From positions 372,001-436,000 of the forward strand of contig MU057801.1 in assembly GCA_013265495.1 (NCBI GenBank): a DNA stretch of 64,000 bases, in the 5' to 3' direction. The notes beneath the pieces are model-generated. The model saw only the letters and a program-made list of their open reading frames with translations. It did not search any database and had not been told where the DNA came from. Made by a program: the position numbers and the translations under genes. Below are positions 25,913-38,912 of this stretch, piece by piece. Source of the stretch: Vicugna vicugna (taxonomy: Eukaryota). Each line of letters opens with the position of its first letter. Position 1 is the stretch's first letter.

Positions 25913-28900
25913 GACTAACGTGAAGTGAAAGTATCTTCATTCGCGGACGTGATTCACGCCTGCTCACTTCCGATGACTTTTCTCATCTCCAGGGACTCAC
26001 TTTGCAGACTCCCAGAACAAAAGAAAAGCAGGCCTCTGTGAGCAGGGTCAGACCTTTTTTTGGAATCAGCTTATTGTCACTTTTTATGGGCTCGCTGTGA
26101 GTCTCTGGGGTGAAGGATCTTAAATAGGTCATGCGCTCTTCTCGATGGCACAGAACAGGCTAGGGCCTTTGCATCGAGACCCCGGGAGCCGTCCTCTCTA
26201 GGGAGAGTAGCACTTGGGGCCACCGTGTGAGACCGAGACTGGGCAAGGCCGTCTCCTGAGCCGAGATTTCACCTTTAACTGTAGTTCTCCGAAGACTCCT
26301 TTCAAACAGAGCTGACCAGAGTCCTCCCCACACTCCCAGCTGAGTAAGCTTCCCAGACATCAGGGTTAATGTTGATTTACTCTTCCTATAAGCAACAGAT
26401 TGTGACCATTCCAGAGTCTACTATTCTGTACATCAGGGGGAGGGGGAGGGTGGGGAGGGGGGTATTATAAAAAGACGGCTTCCTGGGTCCCTGTTACAAC
26501 TCAGTCGAGCTGGGCTGGGCCCTAGGAAGGTATGTTTTTAGCAGACTCTCCAGGTAATTCTGACCTGCAGCTGGGTTTCATAGCCACTTATGTAGACATT
26601 TCCGCAAACCCGCAATCTTACCTGTAAGGAAACCTATTTCCTCCTGTGACTGCTCGTTGTAACTGAACCCTTTTTATGGGCTGGTTTTTCCCAGCCATAT
26701 TTTCTAATTCTCAACAAATCATGTAACTTCTGAGACACATCATTACTTCAGGGCTTGCCAGGCGTAATTATTACCGTATCATTAAACATCGCATAGCTGA
26801 AATCATCACTCCAAGTTGAGAGCACTTACATGCTGAATTGGACCTAGCAGAAGGCTTCCTGCTTAAACTGTTCACCAGTAAGAATGAGGCCCAAGAAGAT
26901 GTGTCTGCCAAGCCTGAGGAGACCTGCCCTCGTGGTGTTAGCAAAGCCTTCGTAACCACCAGCATTTGCTCAAAACGGAAAACCCTCCCTCAGCTCCCCC
27001 GCCCCGACTGGAAGCGGTCTTACTTGCTTCTGAATTCCCACGACGCTTTGTTTTCCCAGCCCTGTGGAATAATGGATTTCGTCTTGTACTTTGCCATCTC
27101 CTGTGTGCGAAGGCTGTCTGACTCATCCTTTATAGCCGCTGTCTTGTATATGCTCCAGGGACAAGTGTGAAATATTTTTGCTTCAAATGTAGCGAGATGA
27201 AAACATCATACATCTTTTCCCATAAGTCTTAAAGTAAAACTCAGTTTCATTTTAGCCTTTTTTGCCAGAACTCCCAAGTTTTCTTCTTATTTGTTCAATA
27301 GACATTTCAAACATGACACTCATTTTCTCTTTTTCAGTAAGGACTTACGTTTCACTTTGATTCAGAGATACATACACTTTTCATCGGAAATCCTGAATCC
27401 CCAGATCTTCCCCCCAACCCCTTACCCTGGCTACCAGCCCCTGCCCCAGTTATGCCCAGTTGTGCCTTATTGTTGGGTCCAGTGCTGACTCGAGATTCTT
27501 GCCCGGGGACACAAGCCTGGACTCGGGCAGGCTTAAGAGACTTGCTCCTCGGCCCGTTTCCCTGGGCTCCGTCCCGGTTCCTACTGGGGTTCCAGCAGGG
27601 AAGCCACTCAAGGTGGCGCCCGCCCCAGGAACACTCCACCCCTTCTAGAAGTGCTCGGAATCCTTGACCCCACGCCTCTGTCCCTCTGGTCTCCTGGAGG
27701 TGCCCTTACCTACAGCGTCGTGGCCACGAACGCAGCTGCTGTGTTATTTTTACTAACACAACAAAAACGAAGTAAGTAGCCAGCTATGTCCAGAAATCTC
27801 TTTTGTGATCTAAGCAGGCAAACTAGTGCTGAAGACAGTTAAACACTTTTCAAGTAAAAACTACATTCTCTTCATTGGTTCTATGCTTGTCATAAACATT
27901 TCATTGTGGTTTGCTTTGCCCTGTATTTTCCCTCTAATGTTGGAAATTCACACAGCTCCTGACTTTTATTTTGTGTATTTTTTGTTATTCTGAGTGTTTT
28001 TATGTGCTTTCTGAACTCGTCACCTCTGTGGAGATAAAAATCACTCCCACGAGAAGCAGAGTCCATCTGCCATAACTCCTGACTTTTCAATCCTATCATT
28101 TTATCATTAATTTTGTGAAATTGTGTGGTATCACTGAACCAAGTTAAATCTGAGTTATTCTTTGACTAGTAAAATACGCAGTTAGGTAGAGTGTCTTTCT
28201 TGAGCTGAGATTTACTGTCACTTGGCAAGTATTTTTGTCATTTTTTTTTGAAGAATTCAGAAAGCAGAGATTTTAGTAAATTAAACTGTAACCTTTAGAT
28301 TGATGTGGGGTAATTATTTTCCCTCTGCATTATCTGTGTGTTCAAATAAAAGCGTTAATGAGAACAGTCAGTAAACCCCGTGCTTTGGTTGTCCTCGCTA
28401 TGCCCCTCCCCCCCCAAAGCAAATCAGCAAAAACGTAAAAACGAAACACAATAAGCATCCACCTCGCCGCCTGGCAGGCTTCTAACGCCCAGAAGGGTAA
28501 GCGACGTGGAAAGTTTTTGTGTTTCCTTTATCATGTTCACCATAAATTGGCCACGTGCCCCTCTCCGCACGGAGGGTGAGCATGTTTAGACCTAATCTGG
28601 TAGCTGTCCTCCCGAAGCCGGGAGTGAAACGCAATACCTCTCACTCATTTCCCTGGACACTCTAATCCCGCCCTGCTTTACAAGTATCTTTGAGCTGTTC
28701 CTTCCTTTGTATCCACAGCAACGAGAAATCCCCACTGGAATTACCTGCTGTGAAAATGCAGGTGTGCTTGTTTCATGTTTCATTGGCCTGAGCACTTCAC
28801 TCCAGCTTTTGTGTGTGTTCCACGACACGGTGACCTCTGATTTCGGAGCAGAGGGCTCACAGGATGTCAGATTCTGCTTGTTTACCCGAAGCCGCCGGCG

Positions 28901-29394
28901 TCAGATCTGAGACCACGCTTTCACCGAGATGCCGCTGTCCTGCGCCTCGTCTGTCCCGGGTCCAGACCCGAGATTCACCCCGTGACCTGGTCTTCCAGGT
29001 GCAGGAACTTCTCTGAGTGTTCAGCGGTAGTCACGATAAAAGTCCTCAGTGTTTCATCTCCATGTTTCATCCTCAGAAGAGCTGAAATGCATTTGTACGT
29101 TATAAATGCTGTGATTTTTGGACCGATACTCTTAGATTGTTATAAATGTAAGAAATGAAATGTTTGGGTGCTTCTAAGTCAGATTTCAGAGATAACCATC
29201 ACAGCAAAGATGGGGCTGGAGGAAGGAATGGAGGTGCTGATGGTCACTTCGCGTAAAGCCGTGGAAGCGGCTGGGAGCCTTTGGAACAGCAGGAGGGTGG
29301 GTGTCACAGAGGAGCCTGGGGAGGCGAGGTTACGCCCCCGCCGCCAGGGCCTGATAGGCCACGCTCGTGAATTTGGACTTCATGTTTTGGTTGC

Positions 29395-29655
29395 AAAAAT
29401 AGTTAACGTTCATTGGAAGTGTTCCACGCAGCAGGCCGTATCTTAAGCATCTCACAGGTACTGTTTCACTTAATCCTCACGGCGCCCCTGCGAGGCCCCG
29501 GGCTCTGTGGCTCCCACTTCTCAGGCTGTGGAGCCGAGCCTCAGAGGGGTTAAACAGCCCGCCCGAGGTCAGGGAGCTCGAGGGGGCCGCAGCCTGGAGG
29601 CCGGCCGGGCGGCGCGCCCCCGAGCCCCCGGCCTGAGCTGCTCTGCCCTGCTTCC
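29395..29655 (-). mobile_element. MIR SINE, strongly GC-shifted
   Basis: ttaatcctcacggcgcccctgcgagg...gagccgagcctcagaggggttaaacagcccgcccgaggtc aligns by eye to the antisense MIR core. Confidence 0.75.
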
Positions 29656-30076
29656 GCCGAGGGGGGCGGCAAACTCGGGGCCTTCACGTCCTCTCGCTAA
29701 CTGATTCACTCGTGCTGCCGCCTGTGTACAGTGCTGTGCCGGCTTCAGGCGTACAGCACAGTCAGCCAGTCCCGCACGGACCTTTATGTCTTTCTTCTCG
29801 CGTTCTCATGGGGCCTTGAAAACCAGGAACGACTGAGATTGGATTTAATTTAAAGAGTTTTCCAGTAGCCTGTGTGAGAGCTGGGCCGCAAAGGGAGACT
29901 CCTTCCCGGGGGACTGGCCCTGCGGCCGTTCTCTCTGGACGGGAAGGTTCGCTAAGGCCGCGCGTCCCAGGAACAGTCGGGCATTCAGAAACCGCTGAGG
30001 TAAAAGCGCCTGGACCAGGCGGCCAGTTGTGGGAAGGGAGCAGGTGGGTAAAGGTCTGCTGAGGTTGGCTCCCCAA

Positions 30077-31080
30077 TTTTTTTTTTAATTAAAAAAATTT
30101 TTAGTTGAAATATAGTCAGTTTACAATGTTGTGTCAACTTCTGGTGTACAGCACATGCTTCAGTCATACATGAACACACATCTATTCTTTTTCATACTCT
30201 TTTTCATTATAGGTTGCTACGAGAACCTGAATATGGTTCCCTGTATGTAGGACCTTGTTGTTTATTTTATATATAGTAGTGTGTACCTGCAAATCCCAAA
30301 CTCCCAATTTATCCCTTCCCACCACCTTTCCCCCTTGGACCCACCATAAGATTGTTTTCTATGTCTTTGAGTCTGTCTCTGTTTTATAAATATGTTCATT
30401 TGTGTCAATTTTTTTTAGTTCACATATAAGTGATATGATATTTGTCTTTCTCTGACTTACTTCACTTAGAATGGTATCTCCAGGTCCATCCATGTTGCTG
30501 CATATGGCATTATTTTATTCTTTTTTATGGCTGAATAGTATTCCGTTATATAAATATACCACATCTTCTTTATATAGTCATCCGTCAATGGACATTTAGG
30601 TTGCTTCCATGTCTTGGCTGTTGTAAATAGTGCTGCTGTGAACACTGGGGTGCAGGTGTCTTTTCCAGTTAGCGTTCCCTCCAGATAGATGCTCAGGACT
30701 GGGATTGGTGAATTGTATGGTAACTCTATTCTTAGTTTTTATTTTCCTTGAAATTCAAACATTTTTATATTATTTAAATTACAATTTGGGACTTGTCAAA
30801 GTTACGTTTCATAAATCTTTAAGGAACAAAGCTTTTTTTTTAAATTGGAGTACAGTCAGTTACAATGTGTCAACTTATTTTTAGTTTTTTAAGGAACCTC
30901 CGTGCTGTCCTCCCCAGTGGCTGCAGCACTGCATCCCCACCAGCAGTGCGGGAGGGCTCCCTTTGCTCTGCAGCCTCTCCAGCATTTATCGTTTGTGGAC
31001 TTTTGAGTGATGGCCATTCTGACTGGTGTGAGGGACACCTCATTGTAGTTTTGATGTGCATTTCACTGATGATTAGCGAT
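30077..31080 (-). mobile_element. L1 3' end, interrupted at 30741-30875 by a nested insertion
   Basis: Poly-T followed by gttgaaatatagtcagtttacaatg...gccattctgactggtgtgagggacacctcattgtagttttgat. Confidence 0.9.
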
Positions 31081-31699
31081 ATGGTAAATTCTTAACTTGA
31101 GAGGTGGTCGGTTGCCTGTGCCTTTGGTGGAGAGAAAGGAGGAGGGGGTGGGGCTGTGAGGGCCTTTGTTTGGACACGTGCTGACGTGGGGTGCCCGTGG
31201 AGCGGCCGTGTTGGGACTGACGTGCATTCAGTTTCTCAGAGAGCTGCAGTGTAAAGGTAGAGATGAAGTCATGGGGTTGACAGCAGCCCCAGGGGAAGCG
31301 TGGAGAAGGGTAGATGGGCTGAGGAGGTGAAGCCGCTGAAGAAAGCAGCTAGAAAAGAGAACCTGGAGACAGTGCTGTCCCTGGCAGCTTGTGCTCTGGC
31401 AGGAGCACCTGGCGGGGCCTCCCCAGGGCCCCGCTCGCACCCTTTCCTCCGCCCCTTGCTGCTCAGGGTTCCCGTCAGCAGTGGCGCCTCACCCAGCATT
31501 GCTGGTCCCTGGATGACTCCTGAACCCTGCACACACCAATGCTTTGTTCTGTCTGACCCTGCGGAGTCAGCCATCTCCTTCCTGCCTGGACCCTGGTTGA
31601 TACAAGGGTCCTCCCTCATCCCTGCCCACCTTCCCTTTATGAGTCAATGAATAGAGACTTTTAGTTGCCTCCCAGTATTTATTCTGTACTTTGTCCTTG

Positions 31700-32090
31700 A
31701 TTTTTAAAAAACCCTGGGCAGTGTGGTTCCTGGAAAAACTACTGTTTTTCTTCGAAAAACCACATTTTCTAGCCTCCCTTGCGGCCACATTTGGCCGTGT
31801 CACTAAGTTCTGCCTGCCAACAGAAATATCACGCGAGACTTTCAGGAAAGCTCCTTAATGGGTAGCCCTTCCTAGCCCATTCCTCCTCCCTTCTGCCTGT
31901 AACGTGGATGTAGGATGTGATGGCTGGAGCTCCAGGAGCCACCTTGGACCTGAGGTGACCTTGAGAACAGAAGGCACACACTGAGAAGTAGAGATGCAGG
32001 GTCGTGGCCCTGCAGACACCCTGGCTCCACCTTATCAGCACTAGACTGGTTACTTCCAGGTTTCCTAAGTACAGCTGAAGAGAAGCTTAC
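31700..32090 (+). mobile_element. MLT1-family LTR remnant
   Basis: ctagcctcccttgc...gatgtgatggctggagctccaggagccaccttggacc. Confidence 0.65.
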
Positions 32091-33759
32091 TGGCATAGGG
32101 ATAGGGAGAGACAGGAGGGGAAGTTGAGGAGACAGGGTTCATGGGAGACCCTTCTCTTCTGAATCAGGGGGAAATGGAAGACACCCTTGTAGATGCGTCC
32201 AGGGGAGGCAAGAAGGGAAATGGAGGTGGGGGGGGTCTTCTTGCCAGGGGGCTGGTTTCTGTTTTCCTTATGACATGGGAGAATGAGGAAGGGTGAGGTA
32301 GGGACCTTGAAACATCCACAGTGAAGGATGCAAAAAGGATTTGGCCAAAAAGAAGAAGGGTGAAAAACTGGTTCCTCTGTAGATAAAAATTCGGAAAAGG
32401 CCCCTCCCCTGATCTTTCGGCGAAATCTCTAATTGCGCAACAGCGTACTTCAGGGTAAGACAGTGTGGTAATTCGGCAATTTACAAGTCATTTGACAAGT
32501 GACCCACGTTGTTAGATTAAATTATCAGAGACAAAGAGATGGCTTTTGCAGTAGAAGATAGAGCTGGGTTCACACAGAGATGTGCAAGGGCCGGCAGATA
32601 GCTGCGCTGTTAGCACGACACAAACCACATTCTGGTCACACGGTCTCCAAAGCCAAAATGCATGTGAACACGTGTTATTGTTTCTGTTTTCCGATAAGCA
32701 GCAATACATCGAAGGCCTGTCGCTGGGTTTGATTGTGACCTTTATGTTCCTTGGACATACTCAAAATTTCTGTTCTGATTAGAAGGTAAGATGTGCTTGG
32801 TATTCTTTGCATCAAATAAGAATATTCATTAGTAAATGACACACATCCTCAGGGACTTTACAGCAAAACCTTGCATAATATTTAGCTATTTTTAAATGTC
32901 AGGTGCAGTTGAGTTTATTACAGCGCCGACGGCACCGTCACCAAAAGTCTCCTGCTTTTAGTGGCTCGTACTTAACAGATTGTCCGTAAACTGATAGCAC
33001 TTCCACGTTTGGAAAATTTCCAGTCCCCTCCTGGGAGAGGAGGGCAGGTGTTTCGCTCTAACTTGGAGAAGGTTTCTTTTTTGGTATTTGGTTGCTTTAA
33101 GGGGACATGTGAACTAAGAAGAGATTTTTAGGGAAAGAAAAAGCGTTCTCATCATCCTGAAGGCTGGAAGATGCGCTCAGCCCTGAAATGCGGCCGGCTC
33201 CAGCTGGAGGGCAGATCTGCCGCAGGAGTGTTTTAAGCACCGAAGGGAAACGCGGAGGGAGGGGGTTTCCAGGAGCCTGTACATATGCTGGGCGAGCTGC
33301 TTACCGCCTGTCACCGCGGGGCTGGTTCCAGGGCAGCCTGGGTGAGCGGGGAGGGCTCTCCTGCGGTCAGGGAAGAGGCTTTCCTTTCTGGCCCTGCTGC
33401 TCCTGAGCTTCATGACCGCAAACGGACTGCCTACCGTTTCCAACCTTGATTTTCTTCTGTATGAAGTACGGGTAACATGAACCTGCCTCCCGCCTCCGGC
33501 AGAAATCAAGGGAGGTCAGTCTCCGTGGTGTTGCTCATGGGCACGCCTCGGGCCACGAAAAACCTGATGAAGAGACAAGGCAGCTTTGCTCTTAAAAGGA
33601 ATCCTCTAGAATTCTCTCCCTGTGATGCTGCGGTGTCCTGATTTGGGCGGCTACGTAGATCTATAAGTAATGCAGCTGATGTTGACCCATGAGAATTAGA
33701 TGATCTTTGGATCCCTGTCAACAATTCGGGGTCTACAGGGCCGTGGGGGCCGGGGTCAG

Positions 33760-33950
33760 ATGAGACACGCTGGCCAGACGGCCCGGGTTCACACCCTGCC
33801 TCCAGACTTCCCAGCTGTACCATCTTGGGCAAAACACTCTGCCTCCGCTCCACATAATAAAACGGGATAGCAACACTGCTGACCTCACCGCACCGCTGCA
33901 AGGGTGGAGTGAGGGCCAGCAGAGCCCCTGGCCGCAGGCACTCAGCAAGC
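33760..33950 (+). mobile_element. MIR remnant, GC-shifted
   Basis: ggccagacggcccgggttcacaccctgcctcc...cagctgtaccatcttgggcaa...taaaacgggatagcaaca. Confidence 0.6.
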
Positions 33951-34334
33951 TTTCACCGTGGCGGCTCGGATTCCAAGCAACTCCTCAGAGCTAGTCAGAA
34001 GCTCAGACTTTGCATTGGCTATACTAAATTTACCAGCCTCCTTCCAATGTGAGGTTTTATTTTGTTTTACTCCGAGAAGCAAATTTGAAAAAATGAAACA
34101 GCGTCTGCCTTTACAGAGTCGCAGCTTCTGGAAGTTTCCGCCACCTGCCGCCCAGGGCCACCTTCCTTCCTTCATTCACACGGTCGGTTCTCTTTGAAGC
34201 TTTGTGCGGGAGGAGCTACTCTGTGCAAAGGAGCAGTGCACAACTGGACGGCACGTGCAGTAAGGGAGAACTGAATTTGAATAAACTTCCCCGGAATCGT
34301 ACCTCACCTTCCTTTCTTCTTTTTTCCTCCTTAG

Positions 34335-34433
34335 CTCTCACCTGAAGTTTAGCAACCTCACCCTGATTTCAACGCACGGACTCCCAGGGAAAAAACTTCT
34401 GGGCAGCGAGCAACGAAAGTTTCTAGCAAGCGA
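34335..34433 (+). CDS. CFAP61: CFAP61 internal coding exon B (99 nt; C + SHLKFSNLTLISTHGLPGKKLLGSEQRKFLAS + GA)
   Basis: Acceptor cctttcttcttttttcctccttag| and donor GA|gtatga. Not in the ORF track. Continues the frame from exon A and matches recalled CFAP61 SHMKFNNLTLISTHGLPGKKLL..EQRKFLASD. Confidence 0.94.
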
Positions 34434-35639
34434 GTATGAACTCCATTTGCGTTTTTCACGCTGAAGCTGCGTATCCTGGTCGGTGCACCGTCAAGTCTAG
34501 GCTGGTGGGGGGTGCTTTTCTCCTGGGTTCAGGCCTTCCTTAGGGGACACTGGCAGGGCTGGGAGGACGCCTGCCCTGTTCCAAACACCGGGGACGGCTC
34601 TGCTGACCTAGACGCTGCTCCCCCACGCCGCCCCCTGCATTCGGGTTCTGAGTGACAGTCCAGCGCAGGGGAGCCTGGGGACTATTTGCATCAGACCAGG
34701 CGCCCCCAGCCCTTTCTAATCTGGGGCTGATCAGGCCGAGGCCTTCTGAGCTGGTCCTTCGTGGCCCCCATCCCAGAGTCGCTCTTTGACAGCGTCCTTC
34801 CTAAAAGATGGCATTTCATTATCACACAGCTTCCACGTTCACTTTAATTTCCTGGAGCAAAGCGCGGGCACAGGAGTGGTCAGGCTCCCTGCCTCTAGAA
34901 ACAATGTCCCAATTTTCCCGGCAAGGAGGGAGGAAATTGTTCTCTCTCGGGGACTTTTCGTTTTAGATGCGTGACGAAGGGTCCTCCTTACGCTGTGAAG
35001 AGGCTTACTTTGCCCTCAAACAGCGAGAAAATCTGCAGCTTCCTTGCCAGAAGCACTGGGCTCATTTCGACCTAATACTTTTATCAGACTATAAACTTTG
35101 GTGGATTTTGGAGGACATGGTCGGGTGCAGTGAAAAAGGCATGGCTTTTGAGCCAGGTCAGTGTGGATTCAGATCCCCCTGCCCCGCCCACGAGGGGGAG
35201 TCCAGCTCTCTGAACTGTGGGCTTTTTTGACTGTTAGACCATATGATAAGCCAAACTTTGCTGGATTTTTTGATTAAAATTAGTCTAACGCCAGCTTCTG
35301 GCCAAGAGTAGAGAATCAACATGGGTCTCCCCCTGCCCTCATTTCCCTCTTTCCAAGTTACCAATTCCCTGGAAACGCTGGTGTTAATCCCACACGTCTC
35401 AGGAGGAAATGAATTCAGCCGGCTTGGCAGAGGTTTCCTTCAGTCCCAGGTCAGGTGTGTAGTGGTGAGGACGGCTAGTGTGTGGCCTTGTGCTGGTGTG
35501 ATTGTACGCAGGGTCCGCGTGTGGCTGGGTGGACTGTAACCTGGTGTCCCTGCCTCTGTCCTTGCCTCTCCACCATCTCAGCCCGGTTGCAGAGCAAGGC
35601 TGCAAAGATGAGAATCAGATCATGTCACTTCCTGAGCAG

Positions 35640-35808
35640 CCTAGAACCACACTGTCCAACGTGGTGGCAGTGAGCCGCACGTGGCTGCTTTGATTTAAAT
35701 TAATTGAAGTTACAGGAGATCAAAACTCGGCTCCTCGATTACATTAGCCATAATTCAAGTGCTCAGATAGCCACACGAGGCTGGTAGCTGCCACGTCAGA
35801 CAGCACTG
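35640..35808. mobile_element. MER3/MER33-like hAT relic
   Basis: cactgtccaacgtggtggcagtgagccgcacgtggct...caagtgctcagatagccacac...gacagcac. Confidence 0.65.
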
Positions 35809-35849
35809 CTGCCGAACAAGTCTGTCATCACAGGAAGTTCCAGATGCCC

Positions 35850-36265
35850 CAGCCCCAGCCTGGCCTTGTTGTGCTGGCTTCTCCGACCTCCTCTTTCACT
35901 GTTTTGGCCTTTGTTCCCCCGACAGTGGCCGTACCAGCCTCCCCGGTGTTAACGCAGCAGCCACGTCCCCACCGTGGGGTCTTTGCTTCTCTCTCTCTTT
36001 GCTGAAATGTCACCTTTTCCGTGTGACCTACTCAGACCACCTGATCATTTGCAACCAACTCTCCGGCACACTCCGGTCCTCCTCCCCTGCTGCTGAAATC
36101 CTTCTGAGTAGTCACATAATCTGCCTTTGAAGCTGTTGACGTGGAGTCCTTCTGCTGTAGGCAGACCCCACGCGGGCAGGCGCTTTCTGCCTTTTGCGCA
36201 CTGATGAGCCCCGGCATCTAGGACAGTGCTTGGCACTTAGCAGGTGCCCAGGAAACAACGTCAAA
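35850..36265 (+). mobile_element. L2 3' portion
   Basis: Ends ccccggcatctaggacagtgcttggcacttagcaggtgccc. Confidence 0.65.
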
Positions 36266-38245
36266 TAGATGGCAGTTCCCTCCGGAAGACCTGCAGGAGT
36301 CCCCTCCATCAGGTGACAGACGGGGCCAACATGGCCAGATGCCTCTGGATGGGTGCCTGTGTGTTTTAACTCTTAGAAGCCTGCCAGCGAGCCAGAAACC
36401 GGATGCTGCCTTTCAGGTGGCCCTCCCACCCCAATACAGGAAATGTTGTCTGGTCATGGAGTTTAAAATTTACAAGTGCATTGACATCCGTAAATTTAGC
36501 AGTCCTCGTGCTGAATACAAATTTGGAACTTTTCCATAACCAACGTTTTGATATATTATTGTGGTTACTAGTTTTTGAATAGCCGTTTTTTGCCTCCTCC
36601 CCCCGCCCCCCGTCCAGCCGCTGGTGGAGGTGCTAATGATGTGCCCGGGCTGCCGCAGGAAGGAGGCGGTGGGAGGGAGGAGGAACATCAAGCGGGGCGT
36701 CCACTAACTGGACACTCAGCCCGAACACCCGAGAGTTAACCACGGCGCTCCGTCTTCTCAGAGTGGTGTCACGGTGCAGCCTTGGTGAGAACCGGGAGGT
36801 TCTTTCTGGTTCTTTCTGGTTCTGACACCCCGACGTGCAGCCCTCAGCGCGCTCACCATCGCTCCCCTGGCGTTTGCTCCTAATTGTGCACCTGGAACTT
36901 TGGGCTAAATCTTCCAACCACCGGGTTTGGGGTCCCTGCAACTCTGAGCAAGCAGCTCCCTCTTCACAAATACCCTCTTCCAGGAATTTCCCCATCCCTT
37001 CTTCTTCTGCCTCCTTATTGCCTGTCTGCAGAACGTCCTATGAAGACAAGCTTTCACATGACTTTTGAGTTAGGATCAAGTGCACTTAAGAAACGTGAAG
37101 TTTCATGGACCTCCCGTCTTTGGTTCCTTCTCTCCCTTCCAGAGAGCCCTACTGGAGACGTTTCTCTTGTCACCAAGCCTTGAGAGGGTCCCTGCCACGT
37201 TAGAATCTTAACACTCATTAACTCTGCTTAGGAAATAATTTAGGAGAAATAGCACTTACAGTCTCCAATGTCTAGTTTCACCTACCTGATCGGTAAATTC
37301 AAAAAGGTCCAAATGGATTCTAATATCTAAAACAGATAGGAATCACCGACACAGTGACACTGGAAGCTGGGAAATGTCCCCAGTGCGGTAACAAGCTGGA
37401 AAAGCAAGCCTCCCCCATTTTCCGATGCTTCTTAAGGGCCCTAAAATCCCAGTGACCCCAGGTGCCAGCTCTTACTGGACAGAGCTGCAAGTTTTGCCCT
37501 GGGGTACGCACTGCTGTCCTGCTGCCGTTAAAATTGACCCTGTCCCAGCCCTCCCCAGTTTCCCCTGAGAACTTTGATCTTTGAGCAAATCCTCATATGA
37601 CTAGTCCCGTGCATTAACTGTATTTAATTCTCCCCCGTCGCGGCCGGCCGGCAGTACCGTCCCCACCGTGGAGGGCCCATGGCGCAAGTTAGAACAGCCT
37701 TCAGTGGGTCTCTCGCGAACGTACGAAATCGATGAAGTCCCTTTTTCCCTCTAAGGCCGCCCAAATGGCTCTTTAAAAAGAGGATTTCATCTCACTGTCT
37801 GTTATTTTCCTGTGACGGGGCACCCCCGATTTTCTTTCCTTATTAAAAGGAAATTTTCTGGGTTTTCAGCGCCTTTCCGTGGAGAGACACAAAGCCCGGC
37901 CTCCGTCCGCTTCCGCTGGCGCTGTGACGGGGTCTAATGTGTGTGCATTATCGGGCTTCTTTCTCTGTGGTGAGAGTAGACTCGTGCATGGATCAAAAAG
38001 AAAAACGCTCTCATCACCGCTTCAGAATCCTGTTTGCCTCCAAGGAGAGTAAACAGGATTATGTGTCATCAGTGTTACTTGGACTACTACCCACCACATA
38101 CGCGTCCCACCTGACAAAACAGTATCGCAGTCTGTGTCCGGCCCGCGTGGTGCTCAAGGCATGTCTGGAGGGGTAGTTGTCCCACGTTGAGAGGTGAGGA
38201 GACCATGGCATTGAAAAGGCACTGATGCTGAGTCCCTGGGGTCCG

Positions 38246-38259
38246 GTCTCCATGGCAAC
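38246..38259. promoter_or_regulatory. RFX X-box candidate
   Basis: GTCTCCATGGCAAC, a near-consensus RFX palindrome about 0.9 kb upstream of exon C. Confidence 0.5.
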
Positions 38260-38886
38260 AGAGCAGGGACACAGACCGTGCATGGCCCGGGGACGCCCGT
38301 ATGAAAACAGATACTCTTGGTCTCCAGAACAGGATCAGTAAAAAGTCAGGTATGTGAGGTCAGACCTTCCAGAAAATTCAGGAAACAACCCTCAAGAAAC
38401 TCTAAATAAACCCAAAGCCACGGGAAACCCACTTTCCTCCTGACGCAGCATTGTGTTCAGATTCAGCTAGAACCCAGAGGAGGAAGCCCGTCCACCCCGA
38501 CCTGCTGCTTGTGAAGTGGTTCCCCAAAAATCACCTTCGCCCTGAGGAGCGAATCCCAGAAGTCTCCAGTGACTGGCCTTGACGCCAGCGTAATTCCTTA
38601 ATTGACATTTTCTCCAAATAAAATGTGTCTTCTTGTTTGGGTGCAGGTCCATACACTCATTCTAAGAATGAGTCATTTATTGAAAAGCGTTAGCAAATAG
38701 GCAGAGTTCTCAGTGTTCTCTGGACCTTGACCCCTGCCTCCGGGGCTCCTCAGATGTCGCTTTCTCCTTCCTCATTCGCTTTGAGTCAATATCACAATAT
38801 GACAGTTGTCCATGTGACAGTTTAACAGCTGAAGTAGATTTACACCCACCATGAAGTGGAAACATGAGTGTCCACGAATGATCACT

Positions 38887-38912
38887 CACACACACACACA
38901 CACACACACACA
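38887..38912. repeat. (CA)13 microsatellite
   Basis: Perfect CA run read directly. Confidence 0.97.

Noticed and set aside
26771..27170. Protein-like ORF (DLAEGFLLKLFTSKNEAQEDV...) as an extra exon or retrocopy
   Set aside because: Exons A and B already join contiguously with the recalled CFAP61 sequence. No convincing splice pair, poly(A) or TSD.
34434..34441. GTAT donor as a possible U12 intron
   Set aside because: The sequence is GTATGAAC, not GTATCCTT. It is a weak U2 donor.
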